Below are positions 1 to 9,616 of a stretch of 64,000 nucleotides of DNA, one piece after another. Origin of the DNA: an uncultured delta proteobacterium. Its GTDB lineage: Bacteria; Myxococcota_A; UBA9160; SMWR01. The position numbers and the translations under genes are program-made. The first letter of the stretch is position 1; each line of letters starts with the position of its first letter. The stretch lies in NCBI GenBank assembly GCA_963832165.1, contig CAWHTE010000001.1, positions 384,001 through 448,000 on the forward strand, in the 5' to 3' direction. The notes below the pieces were generated by a model. The model saw only the letters and a list, made by a program, of their open reading frames with translations. It searched no databases and had not been told where the DNA came from.

Positions 1-2
1 CC

Positions 3-467
3 GAGCAGGGCTTCCGTTTCGACTCGTCGATCTTCCCGGTTCGCCATCACCGCTATGGGATCCCGGACTTCCCGCGCGAGCCGGTGCGCCTGTCGCTGCC
101 CTCGGGCAAGCAGATCGTCGAGTTCCCGCTCACGACACTGGCCTGGGGACCGCTGCGCTTCCCCGTGGCGGGCGGCGGCTATCTGCGTCTGCTCCCGTTC
201 GCGCTGCTGCGCTGGGGAATCGGGCGACTCGTCGCGGCCGGGCGACCGACCGTGCTCTACGTGCACAACTGGGAGATCGACGCGGAGCAGCCGCGCCAGC
301 CGGTTTCCGCGCTCGTGCGCTGGAACCACTATCACAACCTCGAGCGCGTCGAAGGGCGCCTGCAGATCCTGCTCGAGCGCGCGCGTTATGCGCCGCTGCG
401 GGACGTGATCGGCGCGCTCGAAGCGAGCGCGCGGCTCGCGACCACCCCGTTGAGCGCGCCAGCGTGA
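3..467 (+). CDS. Polysaccharide deacetylase family protein, DUF3473/PEP-CTERM-locus type (5' truncated by window)
   Basis: Frame open from base 3: EQGFRFDSSIFPVRHHRYG...PVAGGGYLRLLP...YVHNWEID, typical of the C-terminal half of this family. Confidence 0.85.
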   Translation, partial: EQGFRFDSSIFPVRHHRYGIPDFPREPVRLSLPSGKQIVEFPLTTLAWGPLRFPVAGGGYLRLLPFALLRWGIGRLVAAGRPTVLYVHNWEIDAEQPRQPVSALVRWNHYHNLERVEGRLQILLERARYAPLRDVIGALEASARLATTPLSAPA

Positions 468-1216
468 TCCTCGCGCGCTGGCTCGCGCTGTTCGCGGGCT
501 TCTCGCCGGTCCTGTTCGAGTTCGCGCGCTTCGAGGCCTGGTATGCGCCTCCGAGCACGCTCGTCGCGCCGGTGCTGATCGCGGTCTGCCTGTGGAAGGG
601 GCCTCGGACCGCGGATCCGCCGCGGCGCGCCGGCATCGCGCTGATCGGCGCGGGATTGCTGCTCGAGCTGATCGGGATCGCCCTGCGCACCTGGACGCTC
701 GCGTGGCTCGGCTTCCCGGTCGCCGTGCTCGGGATGGCGCTCTGGCTGGGCTACCCGTCGTGGCGCGTCGCGGTGCTGGCCTTCGGCCTGATTGCGATTC
801 CCGAGAGCCTTCGCGCGGCCTTCTCGCCCGGTCCGGAGAGCACCCTGTTGGCCGGCGCTTGCGCGCTCTGGCGCGCGGCCGGGGTGCCGTTCTCGTGCAC
901 CGGTCCCGTCGCGCGGATCGGAGGTCGGCACCTCGAGCTGATTGCCGACGACGTAGGCGTGATGCTCGCGGTGTTGCTCGCGCAGCTCGGCTGGTTTCTC
1001 GCGCTGCGCGAAGGGGCGAGCCTGCAGCGCGCGGTGTACCGGGCACTCGCGTTCGCGGCATCGGCTCTCGTGATCCAGCCCCTCGCGATCGTTCTTGCGC
1101 TGGGACTCCTGGCGGTGGGCTCCGAGGAGATGGCGCGCGTCTGGCTCTCGTTCGGGCTGTGGCTCGGCTGTGCCCTCGGCGTGGTCCTCTGGAGCTGGCG
1201 AAGAAGGCCCGCCTGA
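464..1216 (+). CDS. Exosortase/archaeosortase-like multi-TM membrane protein, apparently lacking catalytic residues
   Basis: TM layout and segment AGVPFSCTGPVARIGGRHLELIADDVG mirror exosortase G(I/V)PVxREGxxIxLPxxxLEVAxACSG; GTGA overlap with the upstream gene; sits next to a PEP-CTERM gene. Confidence 0.6.
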   Translation: MILARWLALFAGFSPVLFEFARFEAWYAPPSTLVAPVLIAVCLWKGPRTADPPRRAGIALIGAGLLLELIGIALRTWTLAWLGFPVAVLGMALWLGYPSWRVAVLAFGLIAIPESLRAAFSPGPESTLLAGACALWRAAGVPFSCTGPVARIGGRHLELIADDVGVMLAVLLAQLGWFLALREGASLQRAVYRALAFAASALVIQPLAIVLALGLLAVGSEEMARVWLSFGLWLGCALGVVLWSWRRRPA

Positions 1217-1296
1217 CCCACCCCCCCGCATTCCCTCGGGAATCGTCACCAAGGGGGCTCGAGGCAGCACTACCTTCAGAGGCACAGGACCGCCCG

Positions 1297-4185
1297 GTGA
1301 TCACCTTCCTGCTCCGATGCACTCGCAGATGCTGGCTCGCGGCCGTTCCGTTCGCGTTGGCGGTGCTGCTGCCGGCTCATGCGCGGGCACAGACCTTCAT
1401 CGAGCCCGGCTTCACGGCCCAGACCGTCGTCACGCTGCCCGCGTTTCAGGTCGTCGGCATGACGTGGGCGGACGACGGCGCGATGTTCATCTGGCAGAAG
1501 AACGGCATCGTCCGCATCTACCGCAACGGCGCACTGCTCCCGACTCCGTTCATCGACATCAGCGCACGGGTCAATACCTGGATCGACCGCGGCCTGCTGG
1601 GCCTGGCGCTCGATCCCGACTTCGCCGCGAATGGCTACGTCTACCTCGCCTACGTCCACGAAGCGGGCGGCGATCCGGAGGACACGCGCCCCAAGATCTC
1701 CCGGGTCACGCGCGTGACCGCGAATCCCGCGAATCACGATGTCGCGCTGCCCGGCAGCGAAGTGATCGTGCTCGACGACCTGCCCGTCGACCAGGCGGGT
1801 CACAGCGCAGGAACGCTGCGCTTCGCACCCGACGGAACGCTCGTGCTCAGCAACGGCGACGGCGGAAGTGCCGCGGTCGCCGCTTCGGAGGCGTTGGGAG
1901 CCCTCGACATCGATTCGGTGCGCGGGAAGATCCTGCGCTTCAACCCCGACGGCACCGCCCCCGCGCCGCCGCAGATCACCAATCCCTTCTACGACGGAAC
2001 GGACTCGGTTCGCTCCAAGGTCGTGGCGCTCGGGCTCCGCAACCCTTTCCGTTACGACTTCCATCCGATCACGGGTGAGATCTACGCGTGCGACGTCGGA
2101 TGGAACGAGTACGAGGAATTGGACCGCATCCTGCCCGGCGGGAACTACGGCTGGCCCTGTTACGAGGGCCCCGTGGAGATGGCCAACTACCAGAACCTCT
2201 ATCCCGAGGTCTGTGGCTTGCTGGAGCCGAACGACCTCGTCGCGCCGCTCTACACCTACGACCACACACAGGGATCTGCGATCGTCGGAGGCGCCTTCTA
2301 CACGGGCGGCGTCTATCCGGCCGAATTCGTGAACAACTTCTTCTTCGCCGACTACGAGGGCGGGTGGATGCGCCGCGTGGTGCTCGCGCCGGACGGCAAC
2401 ATCGACCAGAACCTGCTCTTCGCGACCAACGTCGGCGTACCCGTGTCGACGGAGGTGGGTCCCGACGGGCGGCTCTACTACGCAGACTTCGTCTCGGGGC
2501 AGATCCGCCGGATCGTGTACAACGGTCCCGTCGCGGTGGCCTCGGCCACGCCGACCTCGGGTTATGCACCGCTGCAGGTGAGCTTCTCGAGCGTGGGGTC
2601 GAGCGGCGTTTCGCCGAGCTACTTCTGGGACTTCGGCGACGGCAGCACTTCCACCGCAGCCAGCCCGACCCACACCTACTCGACCGGTCCCGTGCAGACC
2701 TACACCGCGGAGCTCACTGTGCAGAGCGGGACGCAGTCCGCTCTGGCGTCCGTCGATGTGACCGTGGGGAGTAGGCCGCCGACGCCGTCGATCCAGGCCC
2801 CCGCGAACGGCGTCGGCGTGAAGCCCGGCGTGATCGTGAACTTCTCGGGGACGGCGACCGATCCCGACCAGGCGCTTCTCCCGAGCGCGCTCGAGTGGCA
2901 GGTGCTCTTGCATCACAACACGCACGTCCATGCATTCGTGGGAGCCACGGGCTATTCGGGCAGCTTCGCGGCGGAGTACCACGGCGTCGGCACCTACTCC
3001 TACGAGCTGATCCTCACGGCGACCGACTCGAGCGGACTCTCGGCGAGCACGAGCATCCAGGTTCCGGTTCTGCCCGACGGCACGCCGCCTACCGTGCCCG
3101 CGAACCTCAAGGCCGTCGCGGCGAGCGCGTACGCCGTCGGCCTGAATTGGCTTTCCGCGAGCGACGACGCAGCCGTCGCTTCCTACCAGATCGAGCGCTG
3201 CACCGGAGCGAGCTGCAGCAACTTCGTCGAGGTCGCGTCTTCGGCAGGCACGAACTTCAGCAATACGGGCCTCTTGCCGCAGACGACCTACCGCTATCGC
3301 GTGCGCGCGAGGGACGCATCGGAGAACGCGAGCGGATACTCGAACATCGCGAGCGCGCAGACGCCCTCCGCGCCGCCGCCGCCCTCGGGTCTCGTGGCCG
3401 CTTACGGTTTCGGCGAGGGATTCGGAGCCGCGGTCGGCGACATCTCCGGCAACGGCAACCACGGCTCGACCAGCAACGGCCCGATCTGGACGCCGCTCGG
3501 ACGCTACGGCTCGGCCCTGATCTTCGACGGCCAGAACGACGTCGTGGTGGTTCCCGACGCAAATTCGCTCGACCTCACCTCCGGGATGACGCTCGAGGCC
3601 TGGGTGTATCCGACGATACCGATGTCGGACTGGGCGCAGATCCTGCAGAAGGAGGCGGACGCCTACTTCCTCAGCGCGAATACGAGCAATGATCACCCGG
3701 GAGTCGGGGGCACGTTCGGCGGTGGGTCGTGCTGCGGGATTCTGAACGGTCCGGGCTCGCTGCCCCAGGATCAGTGGTCGCACGTGGCGGCTACGTACAA
3801 CGGAAGCACGCTGCGGCTGTACGTGAACGGCGTGCAGGTGACGAGCCAGAGCCGGACCGGAAACCTGCTCACGACGAGCCTGCCGCTGCGCATCGGCGGC
3901 AACACCTACGCGAGCGAGTTCTTCCAGGGCCGCATCGACGACGTGCGGATCTACAACCGCGCGCTTCTGGCCACCGAGATCCAGAGCGACATGAACACGC
4001 CGCTGCCCGAGCCCGCGGCGCTGCCGTCGCTCTTCGCGGGCGTCGCGGCGCTCGCGTGGCTGCGCTCGCGTCGCGCTCAGCGCTCGAGCGGATGTCCGGG
4101 ATCGTCTTCGGGCTCGAGCCAGGCCTCTCGCCAGAACGAGCAGTCGTGCTGCGCCCAGAAGCGGTGGATCTCGCCCGAGGTGTAG
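1297..4185 (+). CDS. Secreted PQQ-dependent sugar dehydrogenase-like (GSDH) + PKD + FN3 + LamG protein with PEP-CTERM tail
   Basis: GTG at 1297 gives a signal peptide (..PAHARA/QT); DRGLLGLALDPDF, GLRNPFR and GGNYGWP (GSDH); YFWDFGDG (PKD); TTYRYRVRARD (FN3); WSHVAATYNGSTLRLYVNG (LamG); LPEPAALPSLFAGVAALAWLRSRR tail. Confidence 0.85.
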   Translation: MITFLLRCTRRCWLAAVPFALAVLLPAHARAQTFIEPGFTAQTVVTLPAFQVVGMTWADDGAMFIWQKNGIVRIYRNGALLPTPFIDISARVNTWIDRGLLGLALDPDFAANGYVYLAYVHEAGGDPEDTRPKISRVTRVTANPANHDVALPGSEVIVLDDLPVDQAGHSAGTLRFAPDGTLVLSNGDGGSAAVAASEALGALDIDSVRGKILRFNPDGTAPAPPQITNPFYDGTDSVRSKVVALGLRNPFRYDFHPITGEIYACDVGWNEYEELDRILPGGNYGWPCYEGPVEMANYQNLYPEVCGLLEPNDLVAPLYTYDHTQGSAIVGGAFYTGGVYPAEFVNNFFFADYEGGWMRRVVLAPDGNIDQNLLFATNVGVPVSTEVGPDGRLYYADFVSGQIRRIVYNGPVAVASATPTSGYAPLQVSFSSVGSSGVSPSYFWDFGDGSTSTAASPTHTYSTGPVQTYTAELTVQSGTQSALASVDVTVGSRPPTPSIQAPANGVGVKPGVIVNFSGTATDPDQALLPSALEWQVLLHHNTHVHAFVGATGYSGSFAAEYHGVGTYSYELILTATDSSGLSASTSIQVPVLPDGTPPTVPANLKAVAASAYAVGLNWLSASDDAAVASYQIERCTGASCSNFVEVASSAGTNFSNTGLLPQTTYRYRVRARDASENASGYSNIASAQTPSAPPPPSGLVAAYGFGEGFGAAVGDISGNGNHGSTSNGPIWTPLGRYGSALIFDGQNDVVVVPDANSLDLTSGMTLEAWVYPTIPMSDWAQILQKEADAYFLSANTSNDHPGVGGTFGGGSCCGILNGPGSLPQDQWSHVAATYNGSTLRLYVNGVQVTSQSRTGNLLTTSLPLRIGGNTYASEFFQGRIDDVRIYNRALLATEIQSDMNTPLPEPAALPSLFAGVAALAWLRSRRAQRSSGCPGSSSGSSQASRQNEQSCCAQKRWISPEV

Positions 4186-5332
4186 ACCCCCTTGAGCATG
4201 ATGCAGGGCGTCTTCATGGGCACCATCTTGCCGTTCCGATCGTCGATGATGCGCTCCACGCGCGCTTCGACCTCGTAGCTGTGGCCGCAGTGCTTGATCA
4301 TGTCGGGATCGAACCAGAGTCCGCGATTCTTGCCCCGCTTGTCGAGCGTCGCCGCGATGGTCTCTTTGTCGCGCACGCGAACGCGATCACCGGGCGCGAA
4401 GCCGCGGTGCTCGACCGGCGTGCGCCCGACGACGCCGTCGGGACGCCACGGATACTGGGTGCCGCCGCGCCGGAGCTGGACGCGATTGAACAGGCGGGTC
4501 AAGAGACCCACCGCGAAAGCCCGCGGCGCCACGTTCCCCACCGCGAGCGGCACGAGATCGGCGCGCGGATCCCAGGAGCGCATCGGCGTCGATGAGGCGA
4601 CGACCTGCGTGTACTGGCAGACATAACGCGTATCGTCGGTGCCCGCGCTCGCGGCATCGCTCACCGGGGACGCGTTGCGTTTCGCGGTCTGGGGCGCCGA
4701 CGCGGGCTCGAGCCATGCGGGCTTCCACATCATGTAGCAGGCGGCCTGGCAGCCGCCGTGTGCCGCTCCGTTGCAGCGCAGATTCGCGAGCAGCACCGCC
4801 GAGCCCCGCGTGAAACGCAGCCGTTTGTTCCCGCCGTAGTCGTAGAGCCGGTCGACGACGCGAAACACGCGCGCGACCTGTCCCGCGTAGGGCTCCATCT
4901 CCGCCATGAACGGCATGCCCTCGAGCGCGCCGTCGCGGTCGAGCGTCGTGCGGATGTCTTCGAGCGAGCGCACCCGCACCCAGTCGCCTACTACGTACGG
5001 CTGTCGCGCGAGCAGCCGCCGCAGCGCGGGAAAGCGCACCACGGAGCGCGCCGAGACGAGCGCGGACTCGTAGCGGCTCTGGTTCAGGCGCAGGAAGAGG
5101 TCTTCGCCCTGCGCTTCGGCGTCGTCGCGGCGCAGCGCGAGCCACCTCCCGGCCGCAACGAGGCCACAGCCTGCGGCGCCATCGCGAGCAGCGCGCCGCA
5201 GAGCGCGAGAGCGATCCCACTGGCCTGGAACGCGAGGAACGAGCCGAGTGCGAGCAGTCCGCCCAGAGCACCTGCCGCGACTGCGGATTTCCGGTAGCTC
5301 CGTCGATGCGGCGCGATCGGGCTCACGCGCAC
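4077..5332 (-). CDS. Conserved hypothetical protein with N-terminal TM hairpin and two tandem repeats with Cys motifs (frameshift ~5180)
   Basis: ORF 4077-5042 stays open upstream (AAGCGLVAAGRWLALRR...) and joins the TM ORF 5084-5332 by one indel; repeats GDWVRVRS..TLD..G..GMPF..EM and GDRVRVRD..TLD..G..GLWF..DM. Confidence 0.65.
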
Positions 5333-5354
5333 GGCCCCGGCCGCTGGCGCCGCC

Positions 5355-6687
5355 TCAACGCCCGATCCCCTCGTAGATCTCGACCGAGTCCGGCTCGATC
5401 ATGCGGCGTCCGTCGACCAACACCACCGCGGGGGTGCGCCCGCGGATCAGCGCGGGCACGGATGCGAACTCGGCCCAGCGCGTGACCAGCATCGCAGCCT
5501 GGGCATCCGCGAGCACCGACACGAGCGAGTCGGCGAACTTCATCGGCACGTCAGCGAGCGCGCGCCGCGAAGCCTCGACCGCCTTCGGATCCCAGGCGCG
5601 CACGTCTGCGCCGAGTCGCACGAGATCGCGAATCAACGGCAGCGCGGGCGAGTGCCGGATGTCGTCCGTGTCGGGCCGGAAGGACAGACCCAGCACCGCG
5701 ACGCGCACGCCGCGCAGCGACGGAAAATGCTTCTCGAGCAGCGCGACGAGGCGCGCCGGCTGGTCCTCGTTGATCTGCAGCACGGCGTCGAGCATCCGCA
5801 TCGGGATGCCAGCCGCCTCACCGTGCGCGCGCAGCGCCGCGGTGTCCTTGGGCAGGCAGCTGCCGCCGAAGCCACAGCCGGCCCACAAGAACGAGCTGAT
5901 CGGGGCAAGTCGGTCGGCGCCGTTCTCGAGCGTGAGGTAGCGGCTCGCGTGCACGCCGCGCATGACGTCGGCGATGTCGACACCGCCGAGCGCCGCCGCG
6001 AGGTTCGCGAGCTCATTGGAGAACGAGATCATCGTCGCGAGCAGCGTGTTCGAGGCGTACTTGATCATCTCGGCGGTCGAGGGCGTGGTGCGGATGAACG
6101 GGACGTCGCTGAAGCTCGCGTACAGCTCGTCGAGCTCGCGCAGCGTGTCGGTGTCGTTCGCGCCCAGCACGATGCGGTCCGGGAACATGAAGTCGCGCAC
6201 CGCCTCGCCTTCGGTGAGGAACTCGGGATTCACCCCGACGCCGAGCTCGGAGCCCGCCTTGCGCCCGGAGGCCTTCTCGAGCACGGGCAGCACCACGCCC
6301 GATGTGGTGCCCGGAACCACGGTGCTCTTGACCACGATGGTGTGTCGCCCGGGCTTTGTGCGCAGCGCGCGCCCGATCTGCTCGGCGGCTCCGCACACCT
6401 GCGTGAGATCGATCGACTTGCCGTCGAAGGGCGTGCCGACCGCGATCAGCGTGAGGTCGCTCTCGCGAACCGCGCCGGCGAGGTCGGTCGTCGCGTCGAG
6501 GCCGCGCGCCGACATTGCGCGCGAGCAGCTCGGGAAGCCCCGGCTCGAAGAACGGAGCGTCGCCGCGCCGGATCGCATCGACCTTGGCCGCGTCTGCGTC
6601 GATGCACATGACCGTGTGTCCGCGGTCCGCGAGACAGACTCCCGAGACCAGGCCTACGTAGCCGGAGCCGACGATCGAGACCTTCAT
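5355..6687 (-). CDS. ugd: UDP-glucose/GDP-mannose 6-dehydrogenase (frameshift ~6510)
   Basis: MKVSIVGSGYVG in one frame; KSTVVPG, NPEFL, AEMIKYASN and GFGGSCLPKD in the other. Confidence 0.9.
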
Positions 6688-7826
6688 GACGCGGGCGCAG
6701 CCTCCGGCGTCCACGACTCCTCCGCGACCTTCTGATTCTCGCGATACCAGAGCAGCGCGCGGCGCAGGCCCTCATCGAGCGGAATCGCGGGGTCGTAGCC
6801 GAGCTCCGCGCGCGCCTTGCCGATCTGCGGGCAGCGCCGGTTGGGATTGTCGATCAGGTAGTCCTTGTCGGGGCTCGTGCCCAGGACGATGCGCCCGCGA
6901 TAGTCCACGAGCTCGGCCGCGATCTCGCGCAGACGCTCCGCGAGCTCGCGCATCGAGATCTCCGGGGTCTCGACCCCGACGTTGTAGGGCTCGCCCGGGC
7001 GACCGCGCGTGAGGATCTTGTAGTAGCCGACGACCGCGTCGGCCACGTAACAGAAGGTCCGCTTGGGCGACCCGTCGGAGAGCATGACGATGTCTTCGCC
7101 CGCGAGGATCGAGCGCGCGAAGTCGGCGATCACGCGGCCGTCGCTGATCTTGAGGCCGGGGCCGTAGTTGTTGAACGGCCGCGCGATCTTCGTGGGAACT
7201 CCGCGCTGGTCCGCGAACACCGTGCACAGCGTCTCGCCGTAGCGCTTCGACTCGTCGTAGCAGGCGCGCGGGCCCGTGCACGACACGTAGCCGCGGTAGT
7301 CCTCGGGCGTCGGCACGTGCTCGGGGTGCGGGTCGCCGTAGATCTCGCTGCTCGACCAGAACAGGAGTCCGCGCAGCGCCTCTCCGCGCTCGGCCTGGGC
7401 CACGGCATAGTCCAGCAGATTTCGCAGACCGCCGACGTTGCCGTCCATGGTCTCGATCGGGTGGCGGCGGTAGTAGTTGGGCGACGCGATCGACGCGCCA
7501 TGCAGCACGTAGTCGAACGACTCCATGTCCGCCGGAAGCGGCCAGCGCAGGTCGTACTTGCGCAGCGCGACAGCTCCCTGGTCGTGGAGGGATTTCAGCC
7601 AGCCGGGAAGCCCACGCGAGAAGTTGTCCCAGACCGTCACCGCGATCCGCTCCGAAGCGGAAGCGCCGCGGTTCCAGTGCGTGAGGGCCTGGATCATGTA
7701 GTGGCCCAGGAAGCCGGCCCCTCCGGTCATCAGCACACGCGAGCCCGCGAGCAGCGGCCACTCGGCGCGCAATGCGGACCGGATGTAGTCGAGGTCCCGG
7801 TTCCGGACGTCTTCGGCGGAGTTCAT
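6684..7826 (-). CDS. NAD-dependent epimerase/dehydratase, UDP-glucuronate decarboxylase (UXS)-like
   Basis: TGGAGFLG, ASIASP, SSSEIYGDP, GPRACYDESKR, RPFNNYGP. Confidence 0.85.
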   Translation of the reverse strand: MNSAEDVRNRDLDYIRSALRAEWPLLAGSRVLMTGGAGFLGHYMIQALTHWNRGASASERIAVTVWDNFSRGLPGWLKSLHDQGAVALRKYDLRWPLPADMESFDYVLHGASIASPNYYRRHPIETMDGNVGGLRNLLDYAVAQAERGEALRGLLFWSSSEIYGDPHPEHVPTPEDYRGYVSCTGPRACYDESKRYGETLCTVFADQRGVPTKIARPFNNYGPGLKISDGRVIADFARSILAGEDIVMLSDGSPKRTFCYVADAVVGYYKILTRGRPGEPYNVGVETPEISMRELAERLREIAAELVDYRGRIVLGTSPDKDYLIDNPNRRCPQIGKARAELGYDPAIPLDEGLRRALLWYRENQKVAEESWTPEAAPAS

Positions 7827-7990
7827 GAAAATTCCAGCAGTGGTGGAAGTTCCCGGCGCTCTCGCTGTTTCGGCGGCCCTGTCCGAGAAGATGATGGGAA
7901 ACAGCCGTCTGCTCCGCGAGGGCGCTCCGACGCGGCGCAATGCGGCGGGGGGATCCGTGGGAGCGCTCCGAACGCCGTCCGGGTGCGCGG

Positions 7991-8680
7991 TCAGTCGTCG
8001 ACGCGGCGACTCATGCCCTCGCCGGGCATGCCGGCGCGGACCTTGCGCGCGTAGAAGGCCTCCGCGTAGTGAGCGCGGCATTGCACGCCCCGCAGCCGCA
8101 TCAGCGAGAGGAAGGTGTCCTCGCTGAACCAGTGCTTCTCCGCCTGACTCGGGAACGCCTCCACGATGTGCGCGGCCTTGCGGTGCGCGACGGTTTCATC
8201 GAGGGGGATGAAGAAGTTCGGGGAGCCGAGATCGGGATCGTACTTGGGGATCTCGTACTCGAGCACGAGATCGTCGCGGAAAGTGTTCCAGGTCAGCTCG
8301 GAGATGACGCGGTGGTCCTGGTGCAAATCGCTGTGGTGATGCGTCAGGATGAGATCCGGGGGCGGTACATCCGCCCGGAGCGCCCGGAACGCGTCCTTGA
8401 TCGCAGCCCACTCGCCCGGGAAATAACCGTCATGGAACTGCTTCACCTCGATGCGCGCCGACTTGGCGCCCTCGAGCACTCGCTCTGCCGATGCGCGCGC
8501 TTCTTTCTCGCGCACGCTCGAGGAGCTGAACACCACCCAATCGACGAGCAGGTTGCGGTGCTCGCGCAGCATTCGCATCAGGGTGCCGCCGCAACCGATT
8601 TCGATGTCGTCGCAATGCGCACCGATCACCAGGAGGCGGAACGGGGCATCGGGATCGCGGACGAGATCGAGGTTCAACAT
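7991..8680 (-). CDS. PIG-L family deacetylase
   Basis: GAHCDDIEIGCGG and DLHQDH motifs. Confidence 0.85.
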   Translation of the reverse strand: MLNLDLVRDPDAPFRLLVIGAHCDDIEIGCGGTLMRMLREHRNLLVDWVVFSSSSVREKEARASAERVLEGAKSARIEVKQFHDGYFPGEWAAIKDAFRALRADVPPPDLILTHHHSDLHQDHRVISELTWNTFRDDLVLEYEIPKYDPDLGSPNFFIPLDETVAHRKAAHIVEAFPSQAEKHWFSEDTFLSLMRLRGVQCRAHYAEAFYARKVRAGMPGEGMSRRVDD

Positions 8681-8691
8681 GATCGTCAGCT

Positions 8692-9471
8692 CTAGGGGCG
8701 CGCCTTCCAGACTTCCCACGGCGCGTTGCCCTCGCGGTACATGTCCGAGAGCTGCTGGTGCTCCTTGAAGGTATCCATGCACCACCACCCGTCGTGCCGG
8801 TAGGCGAGCAGCTGCTTCTCCTGGATCAGGCGATCGAAGGGCGCCTCCACCAGCTCTTCTCCGTCCTTCATGTAGTGGAAGATCTCGCTCTTGAACGCGA
8901 AGAAGCCGCCGTTGATGAGGATGTCGGAATCTCGAACGTAGCGGATCCCCTCGACCGTCTTGTCGTCGCGCATCGAGACCACGCTGAAGCTCTGCGAGGG
9001 CTTCACCGCGAGAAACGAGCCGATCTTCCCGGCGTCGCGGAACCACTGGATCATGGTAGGTAGATGGAGGTTGGTGAGGCCGTCGGAGTAGTTGGCGAGA
9101 AACATCTCCTCGCCCTCCAGGTAGGGCCGCACGGCCATCAGGCGCTGGCCGAGGTTCGCCTTGACGCCGGTGTCGACGAAGGTGATCCGCCAGTCGTCGA
9201 GATCGCTGCTCTCGAGCTCGATCTCACGGCCACCGCTCGTGATCGTGAAATTGTTGGAGGCGGTCTCGTCGTAGTTCAGGAAGTAGTCCTTGATCGTGTC
9301 GGCCTTGTAGCCGAGGCACAAGATGAAGTCTTTGTGCCCATAATGGGCGTAGTACTTCATGAGGTGCCAGAGAATCGGCCGGTAGCCGATCTTCACCATG
9401 GGCTTCGGTGCGTCGTCCGTGAGGTTGCCCAGGCGCGTGCCCAAGCCGCCGCAGAAGAGCACGACCTTCAT
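8692..9471 (-). CDS. rfbF: Glucose-1-phosphate cytidylyltransferase
   Basis: MKVVLFCGGLGTRL, PKPMVKIG.RPILWH.MK.Y, INGGFF, CMDTFKE. Confidence 0.9.
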   Translation of the reverse strand: MKVVLFCGGLGTRLGNLTDDAPKPMVKIGYRPILWHLMKYYAHYGHKDFILCLGYKADTIKDYFLNYDETASNNFTITSGGREIELESSDLDDWRITFVDTGVKANLGQRLMAVRPYLEGEEMFLANYSDGLTNLHLPTMIQWFRDAGKIGSFLAVKPSQSFSVVSMRDDKTVEGIRYVRDSDILINGGFFAFKSEIFHYMKDGEELVEAPFDRLIQEKQLLAYRHDGWWCMDTFKEHQQLSDMYREGNAPWEVWKARP

Positions 9472-9616
9472 TCCTGTCCCTTTCCGGATGGCCCTTAGGC
9501 TACTCGCCGCGAAGCCGACGCTGCAGGTTCGCAGCGCTCCTCGCAAGGGAGTGCCGGCTGGGCTCGGGAGCGTGACGGGAAATACGGCAGGGCGCCCCCG
9601 GGGGCGATCCGTGGCT

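Noticed and set aside
592..1296. N-terminal 235 aa of the 1197-aa ORF
   Set aside because: Arg-rich off-frame read-through of the 464-1216 gene; the signal peptide begins at GTG 1297
1276..3783. 835-aa minus-strand ORF
   Set aside because: Antisense shadow of the GSDH/PEP-CTERM gene, typical of high-GC DNA; no motifs
9593..9606. 14-bp palindrome CGCCCCCGGGGGCG as a terminator
   Set aside because: No U-tract; all-GC palindromes are expected by chance here
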